Origin: an uncultured Alphaproteobacteria bacterium
GTDB lineage: Bacteria > Pseudomonadota > Alphaproteobacteria > Rhizobiales > Methyloligellaceae
Reading direction: 5' to 3'
Length of the DNA: 64,000 nt
NCBI GenBank assembly: GCA_963750975.1
Contig: CAVVSX010000016.1
Span: forward strand, 123 to 64,122
Position 1 is the first letter of the stretch, and each line of letters begins with the position of its first letter. The translations under genes and the position numbers were made by a program. The notes below the pieces were generated by a model, which was given only the letters and a program-made list of their open reading frames with translations, was not told the DNA's origin and did no database searches. Below, piece by piece: positions 1-10,801 of this stretch.

Positions 1-586
1 CTATGTCGGCGACGGACCTGACGTGATCGCCCAGGTTCGCGAAGCGCTGCCCGCGGGCTCGACCGCGACGCTCGCCGCGCGCGATGGCTCGACCACCGCC
101 GACATCGCCGGCCAGCTTGCCACCGCGCCGAAGGATGCAACCCATCTCGTCGTCTCGGTCGGCGGCAATAATGCGCTCAAGGAGAAGGGGCTGATCGAAG
201 AAAATGCGCGCTCGGTCGCCGAAGTGCTCGACAAGCTCGCCAAGATCGAGACCGCGTTCAGACAGAGCTACGCGGCGATGCTTGACGGCTTGCTGGCGCG
301 GCGGCTGCCGACGGCCGTCTGCACCATCTACGAGGCGCATTACCCGGACCCGACCACGCGGGCGATCGCCGCGACCGGCTTGAGCGTGTTCAACGATGCG
401 ATCCTGCGCGAGGCGTTCTCGCGCGCGCTGCCGGTGATAGATCTGCGGCTGATCGTCAATGACGGCGCCGACTACGCCAACGACATCGAGCCTTCGGTCG
501 CGGGCGGGGCGAAGATCGCGCAAGCGATCGCCACGCTGGTCACCACGGCGGACGTCAAGCAACCGCGCTCTGTGATTTACGCTTAG
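1..586 (+). CDS. SGNH/GDSL hydrolase family protein (5'-truncated by window edge)
   Basis: ORF has SVGGNN (block III-like) and NDIEPS (block V-like) motifs; the reading frame is open to the window start. Confidence 0.7.
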   Translation, partial: YVGDGPDVIAQVREALPAGSTATLAARDGSTTADIAGQLATAPKDATHLVVSVGGNNALKEKGLIEENARSVAEVLDKLAKIETAFRQSYAAMLDGLLARRLPTAVCTIYEAHYPDPTTRAIAATGLSVFNDAILREAFSRALPVIDLRLIVNDGADYANDIEPSVAGGAKIAQAIATLVTTADVKQPRSVIYA

Positions 587-2666
587 GCTCGCGCTTCGGC
601 TTATCGGGTTCGACGTTCGGCGCAGGTGAGGTGGCTGATGCAGGCGCTGGCGCATCAGCCGCTTCTGCATGGGCGGCCGGCTCGACCGCCGCAGCTAGTT
701 TGCTCTTCAGCTCGCCCTTGGCCGCCTTCACGCAAAGCTCGCTCGCTTCATGCAGCGAGGTGGCGTAGGCGTCGGCCTCGGTGTTTGCCAGCAGCGACTT
801 GACCGAGAGCTGATCGCCCTCCTCGGCCCAGAAGCACACCAGGATCAGCGTGCCTTGCGGCAGGATGCGCCGCAAGCGCCGCACCAGATAGCGGATCTGC
901 GCCGGGCCGTTGCCGAGGCCGAGATATGACAGGCAGACGAGCTTCGCCTCGGTCGAGGTCAGCGAGGTGATGTGCGCGGCCGAGACCGCCTCGGGCCCAA
1001 GCTCCTTGACGCCCAGCCCGCGCTTGCCCAGCACGCCAGCCAGCATGTCGGCGGCGGCGGCATCGAGCGCGTTGCGGCCGCCGATCGACAGGATCGGCTC
1101 GTCGACCACCCAGCCCGGGGCCAGCTCGTGGCGCTCGACCAAGGGCAATTTGACCTGCTCGTCCTCGCCGCTCTCGGCGGCGGCGAGCGTCGCCATACCG
1201 CCTTCTTCTGCCTTGTCCTTGCCGTTCTTGTCGGGCGCCGGGCGCAGCTTGGAGAACCAGCGGCGCGGCTCGAAATCGGCGAGGTTGTCCATCATCTCCT
1301 TCACCGTGTCGGCGATCTTGACCTCCTGGTCGCCGTCGATGGCGCCTCGCTCGAAATCGCGCTCGGCAAGTTTGAGGCCGTTCAAGGCGACGGCGTCGAG
1401 ATAAGTCTGCAAACTCTCGTCCTTGAGGGCCAGCTCGGCCTGGTAGGTGGCCTCGGCCGCGTCGCCGGTCAGGGCGCGCTGATAGAAGCGCTGCGCCGGA
1501 GTGAGCGCCGGCTCGTCGCCGAGCAGGATGTCGAGGAACTCGAGTCCCTCGACATGGCGGCCGAGCACGGCGAGGCAGACGGTCATCGGCATGGCGAGCA
1601 GCAGGCCGAGCGGGCCCCATAGCCAGGTCCAGAACACGGTCGAGGCGATCACGGCGATCGGCGTCACGCCGGTACCACGGCCGAACACCATCGGCTCGAC
1701 CACCTGGCCCATGGTCATCTCGCCGACCACGAACAGCACCAGCACCTCGACGAAGGTCGTCCAGCCCGGATCGATGGCGGCGGCGATGAGCAAGGGCACG
1801 CTGACGGCGATGAACACGCCGACATAGGGAACGAAGCGCATCAGCCCGGCGAGGATGCCCCAGGCGACGGGGCTCGGCAGGCCGATGGCCCACAGCGCCG
1901 CGGCGATCAGCGCGCCATAGGTGGCGTTGATCAGCACCTGGCTCAGGAAGTAACGGCTGAGCCGCGTCGCCGCGTCGGTCATGGTCGAGGTGGCGCGCTG
2001 CAAATCCGAGCCGCCGAACAGCCTGATCAGCCGGTCGCGCAGATCCTCGCGCTGCAGCAGGATGAAGATGACGAACAGCAGCACGATACCTGCGGTGGCG
2101 AGCGGCGGAAGCAGCGTGCCGGCGATGCTCTGGTAGAGACCCCAGCCGGACGGCGCTGGCTCCTGAATCTCGACCGGGATCGGTTTGTCGCGCGGGGTTT
2201 CAGCCGGAGTGCCGACGCTCGGCGTCGGCGGAGCGGCGGACGGCTGGTCGAGCTGCTGCTGCAAGTCGGTGAGCACGTCGCCCGCCTTTTTCAGCACCTT
2301 CGACTCATTCGTTGTGCTGCGTAGCGCTTTGATCTTCTCCGACAGGGTGGCGCTGTAGTTCGGCAGCTCGGCGGCGAGATCGGTCGCCTCGCGCGACATC
2401 ATCCAGCCAAGCGCGAGGATGAAGCCAAAGGCGACGGCGACGACGATGCCGACCGCGAGCACGCGCGGCACCTTGATCTTGCGAAGCAGGAGGAGCGGAG
2501 GGGTCAGCACGAAGCTCAACAGAATTGCGAGCGCCAGCGGCAGCAGCACCTCGCGCGCGACATAGAGCCCGGCGATGAGGATCACGCCGATCAGTAGCCC
2601 TTGCAGCATCGCGGTGCGGGAGTCGGACGGCGTGGTCAGGAGGGGAAAGGGCGAGCGGGGCGGCAT
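555..2666 (-). CDS. AI-2E family (PerM/TqsA-like) transporter with long C-terminal soluble Rossmann-like extension
   Basis: Multi-TM protein with LRFVPYVG-like and WGPLGLLLAMPMT motifs; ATG at 2666 is preceded by a GGAGG RBS. Confidence 0.85.
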   Translation of the reverse strand: MPPRSPFPLLTTPSDSRTAMLQGLLIGVILIAGLYVAREVLLPLALAILLSFVLTPPLLLLRKIKVPRVLAVGIVVAVAFGFILALGWMMSREATDLAAELPNYSATLSEKIKALRSTTNESKVLKKAGDVLTDLQQQLDQPSAAPPTPSVGTPAETPRDKPIPVEIQEPAPSGWGLYQSIAGTLLPPLATAGIVLLFVIFILLQREDLRDRLIRLFGGSDLQRATSTMTDAATRLSRYFLSQVLINATYGALIAAALWAIGLPSPVAWGILAGLMRFVPYVGVFIAVSVPLLIAAAIDPGWTTFVEVLVLFVVGEMTMGQVVEPMVFGRGTGVTPIAVIASTVFWTWLWGPLGLLLAMPMTVCLAVLGRHVEGLEFLDILLGDEPALTPAQRFYQRALTGDAAEATYQAELALKDESLQTYLDAVALNGLKLAERDFERGAIDGDQEVKIADTVKEMMDNLADFEPRRWFSKLRPAPDKNGKDKAEEGGMATLAAAESGEDEQVKLPLVERHELAPGWVVDEPILSIGGRNALDAAAADMLAGVLGKRGLGVKELGPEAVSAAHITSLTSTEAKLVCLSYLGLGNGPAQIRYLVRRLRRILPQGTLILVCFWAEEGDQLSVKSLLANTEADAYATSLHEASELCVKAAKGELKSKLAAAVEPAAHAEAADAPAPASATSPAPNVEPDKPKREPKRKSQSAVA

Positions 2667-2769
2667 CTTGGTCCTCCGGGCAGCTGGCTTCTCCGGCATA
2701 GCAAGCTGCCCGATTCGCCGATAGGGGGTGCCGGCCCCCGCAGCCAGCCCGTAGGGCGAGCCACGCCAT

Positions 2770-2795
2770 AACAAGCCGGCAGAGTTTTAAGTTCC
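2770..2795 (-). promoter_or_regulatory. EcfG/RpoE2 (general stress response) promoter
   Basis: Minus strand reads GGAAC-N17-TGTT upstream of the AI-2E gene, close to the GGAAC-N16/17-CGTT consensus. Confidence 0.55.
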
Positions 2796-2809
2796 GAGAC
2801 GGATAAGCG

Positions 2810-2838
2810 AAAGGCCCCGAGGGGTTCCCCGGGGCCTT
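2810..2838 (-). terminator. Rho-independent terminator
   Basis: AAGGCCCCG...CGGGGCCTT stem followed by a short T run on the minus strand, downstream of the hydrolase gene. Confidence 0.6.
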
Positions 2839-2905
2839 CCAGAGCGCCGTACGCACCGAACCGTTGGCTACTGCCCGGCGTCCACGGCCTGCTTCCCGAG
2901 ATTCC

Positions 2906-4030
2906 CTAGTTCGACGCCGTGTCGAGCTTCTTCGCTTCCATCGAAACGTTGGCGACCGGCTGCCTCGAGGTCTCCATGTCAATGGTCGCGACGTCGCCAT
3001 GCGCGGCTGCTAGCGCCTGTCTGAGATCCACCACGCGGATCGACTGATCCTTATGGGTGCGGAAGTACCAGCGCAGATTCTTCAGGTCGGCGACGCTGGT
3101 CCATTCGGTGATCTCGGCGGTCGGCTCGCCCACCGCGGAATTGATCACCGAGCCCTTGGGAATGTCGAACTGATTGAGAATGTGGAAGGCGGCGAGCACG
3201 GCCTGGTCGGCGGTCTCGTTGGGAACGGCCGCCTGGCTGTAGACCACGGCGCGAACGAAACGCGAGGGCGGGGTGAAGTCGCCGGGAAGGCCGAGCAGAC
3301 CGGTGCCGGCGCCGAAGGCCGGAATGGCGACGCCGCCGACCTTGATCTGGTCGATGTCCTTCGCCGAGAGGTTGATGTAGTTGGAGAGATTGGTCATGTG
3401 CCAGTCATAGGTCGGGGCATTGGTCATCACGCCGAGCGGCGCGTCATGTACCTTCAGCGTGCCGTCGACCGGCTCGACGACCAGCGACTTGCCGGTCTTG
3501 TCTTGCAGGAAGAAGTGCGCGCCGGCGACCGCGCCTTGCGGGCTGCCGAGGCCGGGAACCGGCGTCGGCACCAGCACGATGTCCTTCACCGCCTCGCGCA
3601 CCTCATCGACGGTGGCGAAATTAGCGAGCGCCCAGGTGCCGAATTCCTGCGGCGCGAGCGCGCGGCTCTTATTCTCGGCGGTGACCTCGGCGTATTTGGC
3701 GTAGTTCGGGAAATAGAACAGGCCGACCGAGAGGCCCTGATCATTCACGCCGTCGAGAATGGCGGGCAGCCCAAGCGCGTTGGCGCCCACAAAGCCGTAT
3801 CGGCTCTTATAGATGAGACCCTTGCCGCCATCGGGCAGCGTGCCGCTCAATTCCTTGCCGGCGGGGATGACGATCACCTTGGACTGCATGGGGAAGCCGA
3901 ACTCGAGCGTTCGGCCGCGGATGGCGGCGCCGTCGCCGGCCTTGAGGCTGATGCCGGTGCAGGCGAAGCTGGGGATGGTGGCGAGGATGAGGGCGGCGCT
4001 GAGCGCGGCGACCGAGACTTTGCGGATCAT
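2906..4030 (-). CDS. Secreted choloylglycine hydrolase / penicillin V acylase family Ntn-hydrolase
   Basis: Signal peptide ending SFA directly before nucleophile CTG; GRTLEF, DGVN, MTNAP and PGDFTPPSRFVR motifs; GGAGGAG RBS. Confidence 0.88.
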   Translation of the reverse strand: MIRKVSVAALSAALILATIPSFACTGISLKAGDGAAIRGRTLEFGFPMQSKVIVIPAGKELSGTLPDGGKGLIYKSRYGFVGANALGLPAILDGVNDQGLSVGLFYFPNYAKYAEVTAENKSRALAPQEFGTWALANFATVDEVREAVKDIVLVPTPVPGLGSPQGAVAGAHFFLQDKTGKSLVVEPVDGTLKVHDAPLGVMTNAPTYDWHMTNLSNYINLSAKDIDQIKVGGVAIPAFGAGTGLLGLPGDFTPPSRFVRAVVYSQAAVPNETADQAVLAAFHILNQFDIPKGSVINSAVGEPTAEITEWTSVADLKNLRWYFRTHKDQSIRVVDLRQALAAAHGDVATIDMETSRQPVANVSMEAKKLDTASN

Positions 4031-4188
4031 GTGTTGGACTCCTCCCGAATGTTGGACCGGAGTGTCGCGGTAAACTCTGAAAGCGGCATTAAGCATCGGG
4101 GCGGGTTCGCGCGGTGCTTAAGCGCATGTCGCCAGGTTCGGCGCAATTTGTGGCAATGTTGCCGCGACGAAGGGAAGCACGCGGTCGC

Positions 4189-5211
4189 TTATATCCCCGA
4201 GACGTTAAACAGAGAGCCGATGAAATAAGTGGCGGCAGCAGCCGCGCTGCCGATCAGCAGCATGCGCGCGCCGCCGAGAAGTGCGCTTTTGCCGGAGAAG
4301 AGGCTGAGCACGGCGCCAACCACGAACAGCGCGGTGCCAGAGAGCGCGGCAGCGATGAGCACGCCCTGGCTCAAGCCCAACAGAAACGGAATCAGGGGCA
4401 GACTTGCGCCGAGGCAGAAGGCGATGAAGGACGAGACCGCCGCGCCGATGGGCGAACCGAGGTCGTCGGGGTTGAGGCCGAGCTCCTCCCGGGCAAGCGT
4501 ATCGAGCGCCTGCTCGGGATTGGCGATCAGCTTCGTGGTGATGTCGCGGGCCTGCTCCAGGGGAATGCCGCGGGCGGCGTAGATCAGCGCAAGCTCCTCC
4601 GCCTCCTCCGCCGGGTAGCGCTCGAGCTCGTCCCTCTCTTGCGAGATTTGATGCTCGAACATCTCCTTCTGCGACAGCATGGAGATGAACTCGCCGGCTG
4701 CCATGGAGAAGGCCCCGGCGAGCAGCCCTGCTACGCCGGTGAGCAAGATGATGCCGGGCTCCACCGCAGCACCGGCAACACCCATCACCAGGCAGGTGTT
4801 GGACACCAGCCCGTCATTGACGCCGAACACACCGGCCCTGAGCGTACCGCCGCCGAGGGCGCGATGGCGCCCCCCCACCTCTTCCACCGAGGTGGGCCAG
4901 GGATGGCCCTCAGGCGGTAGCTTGCCGCCATAGATCGAGATGCCGCGCACCTTCGATGCCGACAGCACGTGCCGCATCGCGCGCGGACCGAACATGCCGA
5001 TCAGCGAGGCGGTCAGCCGCGACCGGAGCGACGGCTCGAATGCAGGGACCGGCTTGAGCTCTTTCGCTAGGATTCCGGCCTGCTGCTCCGCGGCCTCGGC
5101 CATTTCGCGGAACAGTTTGGCTTTGGCCGGATCGCCCTCGGCGTCGGCGACCGCGCTCGAAAGGTAGGCGGCGGTCTTCTCCGACCGCCACCGCTCCAAG
5201 GCGTCTTCCAT
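4189..5211 (-). CDS. VIT1/CCC1 family metal transporter with N-terminal rubrerythrin-like segment
   Basis: VFGVNDGLVSN, AGAFSMAAGEFIS and REELGL motifs. Confidence 0.85.
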   Translation of the reverse strand: MEDALERWRSEKTAAYLSSAVADAEGDPAKAKLFREMAEAAEQQAGILAKELKPVPAFEPSLRSRLTASLIGMFGPRAMRHVLSASKVRGISIYGGKLPPEGHPWPTSVEEVGGRHRALGGGTLRAGVFGVNDGLVSNTCLVMGVAGAAVEPGIILLTGVAGLLAGAFSMAAGEFISMLSQKEMFEHQISQERDELERYPAEEAEELALIYAARGIPLEQARDITTKLIANPEQALDTLAREELGLNPDDLGSPIGAAVSSFIAFCLGASLPLIPFLLGLSQGVLIAAALSGTALFVVGAVLSLFSGKSALLGGARMLLIGSAAAAATYFIGSLFNVSGI

Positions 5212-5232
5212 CGCGTGGTCCAGACAGCTAGC

Positions 5233-5961
5233 TCAGATCAAACCCACCTTGCCGGTGGAAATATCGTAGACGCCGCCTGAGATCGCGATCTTCTTGGCGG
5301 CAAGCGCGTCAGAGAGGATCGGAGTGTCGTCGATCAGCCGTTTGACGTTGAGGCGCACGTTTTCCTCGATGGTGGCGGCGACGAGATCGCTCGGATGTTT
5401 CGCATGAGCGCTAATGACCGCGGGCTCGATGGACTTGACCAGCTCCGGCAGATGGCCCGGCAGCTCCGCGTGCTCCGTCGCCACCTTGACCGCCGCTGCA
5501 ATGGCGCCGCAATTGGTGTGGCCGAGCACCATCAGAAGCGGCACGCCCAAAATCTTGACCGCATATTCCATGCTCGCCAGCCCATCCGTATTGACGAAAT
5601 TGCCGGCAACGCGCACGACAAAAACGTCGCCCGGTCCCTGCTCGAAGAGAAGCTCGGGCGCCACTCGGCTGTCTGAGCAGCTCAGCACCGCCACGATGGG
5701 GTATTGCGCGCCCGCGCGCTCGGCGCGGCTCGCCGAGAAGTCCTTGCACTCGGTCTCGCCCGCCACATAGCGGGCATTGCCCTGCATCAACCGATCGAGC
5801 GCCTCGGACGGCGAAATCGTATTCTGCGGCGGCGTTAGGGAGACCGTATCGGCACGCGCGAAACCGAAAGGCAAAGCGCTAGCGGCGAGAAGGGCGGCTC
5901 CCCCCGCCATGAGATTGCGCCGTGACATCGAAGCAAGCGAAGGCTGGCAAAGCTCACACAT
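5233..5961 (-). CDS. Beta-class carbonic anhydrase with Tat signal
   Basis: CSDSR and HTNCG zinc ligands; SRRNL twin-arginine motif; GGAG RBS before ATG 5961. Confidence 0.9.
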   Translation of the reverse strand: MCELCQPSLASMSRRNLMAGGAALLAASALPFGFARADTVSLTPPQNTISPSEALDRLMQGNARYVAGETECKDFSASRAERAGAQYPIVAVLSCSDSRVAPELLFEQGPGDVFVVRVAGNFVNTDGLASMEYAVKILGVPLLMVLGHTNCGAIAAAVKVATEHAELPGHLPELVKSIEPAVISAHAKHPSDLVAATIEENVRLNVKRLIDDTPILSDALAAKKIAISGGVYDISTGKVGLI

Positions 5962-6079
5962 CGTGGTTCTCCTCCAAAGGGTCCTCAACCTCTCCTGCTA
6001 AGACCAGCAGGGGTCAAGCCCGGATCGGAGCTTTGGTGAGGAAGTCGGAAACGCGGCCGCCACCGCGCCGGCACCCGTC

Positions 6080-7226
6080 CTAGGCGGTGCTCTGCTTCGG
6101 CTTGGAGAGGATCAGCCGATAGCAATCGAGGTTGCGGTGGAGGAACTCGTAGGTCGCCCCCCAGAGATAAAGACGGAACTTGCGGAATTCGAAGTCGCCG
6201 AAGGTCCGCGTGATGTAGTCACGACTGGCATCGAGGTTCCGCGCCCATTGCCGGAAAGTCAGGTAATAGCTCCAACGATCGTTGTGGATGACATCCACCT
6301 CGAAATCCGTTTTCCACAGCTTGTTAAGGAAATCGTCGAGCACGAGGAAGGAATGGTTGCCCGGATAGATGTGACGCACCATGAAGGTCGACAGCTCGTA
6401 TTTCTTGCTCCAGGCGCTGCCATCGAGGAAGACGTGGCCGCCGGGTTTGAGCAGCGACGAGAACTTTTTCAGCACGCGCTCGTAATCGGGCAAATGTTCG
6501 ATCACCCCCATGATGACGATGGCGTCGAACTTCTCCTTCGGCTGATATTCGTAGAAATCGGTCAGCTCGATATCGAAATTGTCGCCGAAATTGGCGAGCT
6601 TGCCGCGGAGATAGCTCTGGGAAACCTCCGAGTTGGTGATGCCGGTGAAGCGTGCGCCGGCTTGCAGCGCGTGTCCGGCGAAGGCGCCCCAGCCGGGGCC
6701 GATCTCCAGCACGCGCGTGCCCTTGCCGATGCGACATTGCTCGAGCGCCCAGTCGAATTTCCGCTGGAGTGCCGTCGATAGCGACTCGTCGTCGTTTTCG
6801 TACACGCCTTGGCTATAGGCGGGAAAGATCGGGTCGAGGAAGCTCAAGAACAGCTTCGGGTCGGCGTTGTAGTGGGAGGAGATGGCCCGCTTGTTGGTAT
6901 AGACCTGTCCGAACAACAACGGCTCGATGAAACGCCAGGCCGCGACCAGCGGGTGCCGGTCGTCGAGCGAGAGCGCGGAGATCGAACGGCTTCATCATGT
7001 CGCCTTCGAGGTCGATATCGCCTTGCAGATAGGCCTCGGCGATATTTCCCTCATCGAGCGAGCGCAGCGCCCTTAACGCGCGCTCATTGCGCAAGCCGAC
7101 TTGGAACTCGGGCTTGCCCTCGCCGAGCGTCCGTTTCTCGCCGTCGGGCAACTCGATGGTGAAGGGCGTCGCGATCTTGCCCACGCGGTTGAGCAAGGCG
7201 TCGATCGTCGCTGCGGTTGTCGTCAT
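6080..7226 (-). CDS. cfa: Cyclopropane-fatty-acyl-phospholipid synthase family methyltransferase (one frameshift near 6971)
   Basis: ORF 6813-7226 (AEAYLQGDIDLEGD) joins ORF 6080-6919 (HYN, YSQG, LEIGPGWG, IEH) if one extra base is removed. Confidence 0.75.
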
Positions 7227-7427
7227 GCTTCAATCCCCCGGCTTGGCCAAGCGCCCGCGGGGGGCCTAACGCCCACGGGCCGTCAAAAATGCGTTCAGCG
7301 GCGATTTTAACGCCGGATGACAGCGAAATGAAATGGTGAGCTGAGTCGGCCTATGCTGCGACTGTTGCGGAAGTGCCAAGGGATGAGGCTATATCCGGTC
7401 CACCAGCGCTCAGCACGGGGGTTTTGT

Positions 7428-8624
7428 ATGCCGACGATCGACGCCTGCCTCAAGCGCGCGGCCAAGGCCACGCTTGCCGTCTGCCTTGGTTTTGTCCTCA
7501 GTTTCGGCCTTGGGCGGCAGGCAGCCGCGCTTTACGACGTGAAGCCCGGCGACGCCGAGGGCAAGCCGGGATCGATCATCAGGGTTTGGCCGCTTGAGGG
7601 CGGAGGCCCTGGCGGCGCCAATGCCTTCCGCATTTTGTACCGTTCGACCAGCCCCTCCGGCGAGCCGATCGCCGTCTCGGGCGCGATCTTCATTCCGCCG
7701 GGAGCGTCTCCGCCGGGTGGCCGCAACGTGATTGCCTGGGCGCATCCCAAGAGTGGGGTGGTCGAGGACTGCGCGCCGTCGCTGATGCCCGATCTCGCCG
7801 GCACGATCTGGGGCTTGGCCGGGATGATGGCGCAAGGCTATGTCGTCGTCGCCACCGACTATCCCGGTCTCGGCGTGCCGGGAATGATCCACCCTTATCT
7901 CATTGGCGCGAGCGAAGGTCGCGCGGTGCTCGATTCGGTGCGCGCCGCCCGCGATCTGCCCGACGCCGGCGCCTCGAACCGGTTCGCGGTGTGGGGACAT
8001 AGCCAAGGCGGCCAAGCTTCGCTCTATACGGGCGAGCTTGCCGCAAGTTACGCGCCCGACCTTAAGCTGGTCGGCGTCGCGGCGGCGGCGCCAGCTACCT
8101 ACCTGGTCGAGCTGTTCGACGCCGACAAGACGAGCTCGGAGGGCAAGGAACTGACCGCGATGACGGTGCTCTCCTGGTCGAGGCTCGAGAGCCTCCCGGT
8201 GACGACGATCGTCGAACCGGACGCGGTGCCGGCCTTCGAAAAGACGGCGCGCGCCTGCATCGAATCGCTCGCCGAATTCGAGGCCATCAATAAAGACGAG
8301 CACCCCTTGCAGACCATCCAGTTTCTCAAGGCCGACCCGTCTGAGACCGAACCTTGGAAAGGGATCATGCTGCACAATACACCGGGTCAGGCGCCGGCCG
8401 GCGCGCCAGTGTTCCTCGCGCAAGGCACTGCGGATACGACGGTCAGGCCCGAGATCACCAAGCAATTCGGCGATCATCTGTGCAGCCAAGGCGCGCGTGT
8501 CGATTTCGTCGAGCTGCCTGGCGTGACGCATACCCTCGCCGCCAAGGACAGCGCACCCGCCGCGCTGGCCTGGATGGGCGAGCGCTTCCGGGGAGTGCCC
8601 GCGCCGTCAAGTTGCGGGCGCTAG
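7428..8624 (+). CDS. Secretory lipase (LIP family alpha/beta hydrolase)
   Basis: [14 protein letters not shown] nucleophile elbow, QGTADTTV and a catalytic His (GVTH); N-terminal signal-like segment. Confidence 0.85.
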   Translation: MPTIDACLKRAAKATLAVCLGFVLSFGLGRQAAALYDVKPGDAEGKPGSIIRVWPLEGGGPGGANAFRILYRSTSPSGEPIAVSGAIFIPPGASPPGGRNVIAWAHPKSGVVEDCAPSLMPDLAGTIWGLAGMMAQGYVVVATDYPGLGVPGMIHPYLIGASEGRAVLDSVRAARDLPDAGASNRFAVWGHSQGGQASLYTGELAASYAPDLKLVGVAAAAPATYLVELFDADKTSSEGKELTAMTVLSWSRLESLPVTTIVEPDAVPAFEKTARACIESLAEFEAINKDEHPLQTIQFLKADPSETEPWKGIMLHNTPGQAPAGAPVFLAQGTADTTVRPEITKQFGDHLCSQGARVDFVELPGVTHTLAAKDSAPAALAWMGERFRGVPAPSSCGR

Positions 8625-8800
8625 AACACGAGCTGGCCGGCCGAGATCGCCAAGATCAGAATGATGATGAAGATGACGAGGAAGATGAAGAACAGGATCT
8701 TGGCGAGCTGACCAGCGCCGCGGGCGAGACCCGTATAGCCAAATGCGCCGGCGACCAGCGAGATCAGCAGGCAGATCAGCGCCCATTTCAGCAGCGTCAT
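8621..8800 (-). CDS. DUF1328 (YtjA-like) small membrane protein, 59 aa, absent from the ORF track
   Basis: Manual translation [59 protein letters not shown]; GGAGGGG RBS. Confidence 0.85.
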   Translation of the reverse strand: MTLLKWALICLLISLVAGAFGYTGLARGAGQLAKILFFIFLVIFIIILILAISAGQLVF

Positions 8801-8888
8801 ATCCCCCTCCTTCTAGTGGGCGGCTGCGACCGCCCTTCGCAACGATGCTACAGAAGATCAAGCAGGGCAACGGTCGACCCCGTGCTTT

Positions 8889-9314
8889 CTAATAGCTGAT
8901 CTTGATCACCGTGTTCCCAGCGCCATGCTGCTGCACCAAAGAATAGAGCGCCGCCGCGTTGGAGGGATGCAGCCTGATGCAGCCATGCGAAGCGGGCCGG
9001 CCCAGATATTTCGTCTCGTAGGAGCCGTGGATCGCGTAGCCGCGTAGGAAGAAGATCGAGTACGGCATCGGCGAACCGCTATAGATGGTCGAGCGGTGAT
9101 AGCGCGCGAGCGCGGTCGGCTTGAAGGTGCCAGTCGGCGTATGGTAGCCGGCGCGCGCCGTGGACACCGGCCAGCGGTAGCGCGGCGAACCGTCCACATA
9201 GACGTCCATGCGCTGCGTAGACAGGTTGATCTTGGCGACGATCTGAGCCTGCGCCATGGCTGGAAACGCAAGCACCAGGCCAAGCAAGGCGGTGAACAGG
9301 ATAAAGCGACGCAT
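8889..9314 (-). CDS. L,D-transpeptidase (YkuD domain)
   Basis: AIHGS...ASHGCIRL motif; signal peptide; GGAGG RBS. Confidence 0.9.
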   Translation of the reverse strand: MRRFILFTALLGLVLAFPAMAQAQIVAKINLSTQRMDVYVDGSPRYRWPVSTARAGYHTPTGTFKPTALARYHRSTIYSGSPMPYSIFFLRGYAIHGSYETKYLGRPASHGCIRLHPSNAAALYSLVQQHGAGNTVIKISY

Positions 9315-9582
9315 CGAAAGGCCTCCCTCGGCATGCGAGCCTCCCCCTGATGGTCGCTCGCTGGTCTCAAGTCGCGACGGGAGACGATGCCTCCCGATTG
9401 GTTTCCATGATTTTAGCCTAGCGCCCCGCGCGTGAATGCAAGCTGAACGCGGCTTGCCTTCATGCCGCCAATCCACAGCTCCCTCAAGCCGCGCGAATGG
9501 CTTGGGCCTCATTCCAATTGCCGCCATCCATTTGTGTTAGGGTCAGCGGGTTGAGGGGGTTAGGGGAACGGGTCAAGCGCCA

Positions 9583-10737
9583 ATGCGAAGGCTGATCTTG
9601 AGCCTCACGCTGATTTTGTTTTGTGGCGCGGTCGCGGCGCAACAGTCGGCGCCGATGAGCGTCGTGAAGCCGGTCGACAAGCCTGCCAAACCCAAGACCG
9701 CCGCGAAGAAGCCTCCCCCCAAGCCCAAGGGGCCACCCGCCAGAGAGCTATTCGGCAGCGCGCCCGTGCCGGCCCCCCTCGCCGCCCGCTCGATCGGCAG
9801 CTATGCCAAAGGCTGCCTCGCCGGCGGCGTGTCGCTGCCTATCAACGGGCCCGACTGGCAGGTGATGCGGCTCTCACGCAACCGCAATTGGGGTAATCCG
9901 CGCCTGCTCGATTATCTCGAGCGGCTGGCGAGCGATGCGCGCGCCCTCGACGGCTGGCCCGGGCTCCTCGTCGGCGACATGTCGCAGCCGCGCGGCGGGC
10001 CTATGCTCTCCGGCCATTCCAGCCACCAGATCGGGCTCGACGCCGATATCTGGCTCACCCCGATGCCCGACCGCATTCTCACGCCCGAAGAGCGCGAGGA
10101 CATGAGCGCCGTCTCCATGCTGAAGGACCCATTCAACGTCGATCCCGAAATCTTCACCCTGGCGCAAGTGAAGCTGATCCGGCGCGCCGCCTCCTACCCG
10201 CAAGTCGCGCGCATCTTCGTGCATCCGGCGATCAAGAAGGCGCTCTGCCAGATGGCTCCCCAGGTCGGCAAGGATACCTCCTGGCTCGGCAAGGTACGGC
10301 CATGGTGGAACCACCACTACCATTTCCATATTCGGCTCACTTGCCCGCCCGGTGCGGACGGCTGCGAGAACCAGAAGCCGCCCTCTGGCGACAATGGCTG
10401 CGGCCAGGAGCTGACCAATTGGTACGCCATGCTGAAAAGGTCGGCGATCGAGGCGGCCAAAGCGCCGGTACCGGGCGCCAAGCCCTGGGTGGGCAAGCCG
10501 CCGCTCACCATGGCGCAGCTGCCGAAGGAATGCGGCACGGTGCTGACCGCGGGCGGGTTCGAGCCGCCGCCGCAGGGCGAGGACGGCACGATAATGCCCG
10601 CATCGGCGCTCCAGGCACTCGAGACCAAGGACGCCGGGCCGCCGATTCCCATTCTCACCGCGTCTCAGCTGCAGGCGTTGACTGGCGGCGCGAACCCTGC
10701 CGGCATGCCTTTGCCGGACCGCAACCCCTTGCGTTGA
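9583..10737 (+). CDS. mepA: Penicillin-insensitive murein endopeptidase
   Basis: GSYAKGCLAG, RNRNWG, GHSSHQIGLDADIW and HFHIRL motifs. Confidence 0.9.
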   Translation: MRRLILSLTLILFCGAVAAQQSAPMSVVKPVDKPAKPKTAAKKPPPKPKGPPARELFGSAPVPAPLAARSIGSYAKGCLAGGVSLPINGPDWQVMRLSRNRNWGNPRLLDYLERLASDARALDGWPGLLVGDMSQPRGGPMLSGHSSHQIGLDADIWLTPMPDRILTPEEREDMSAVSMLKDPFNVDPEIFTLAQVKLIRRAASYPQVARIFVHPAIKKALCQMAPQVGKDTSWLGKVRPWWNHHYHFHIRLTCPPGADGCENQKPPSGDNGCGQELTNWYAMLKRSAIEAAKAPVPGAKPWVGKPPLTMAQLPKECGTVLTAGGFEPPPQGEDGTIMPASALQALETKDAGPPIPILTASQLQALTGGANPAGMPLPDRNPLR

Positions 10738-10801
10738 GGCTTCACGCAAGCGCTTCTATCGGGCAGTATCCCCGACCATGCAGGAGCGACGGCAGGAGCC
10801 G

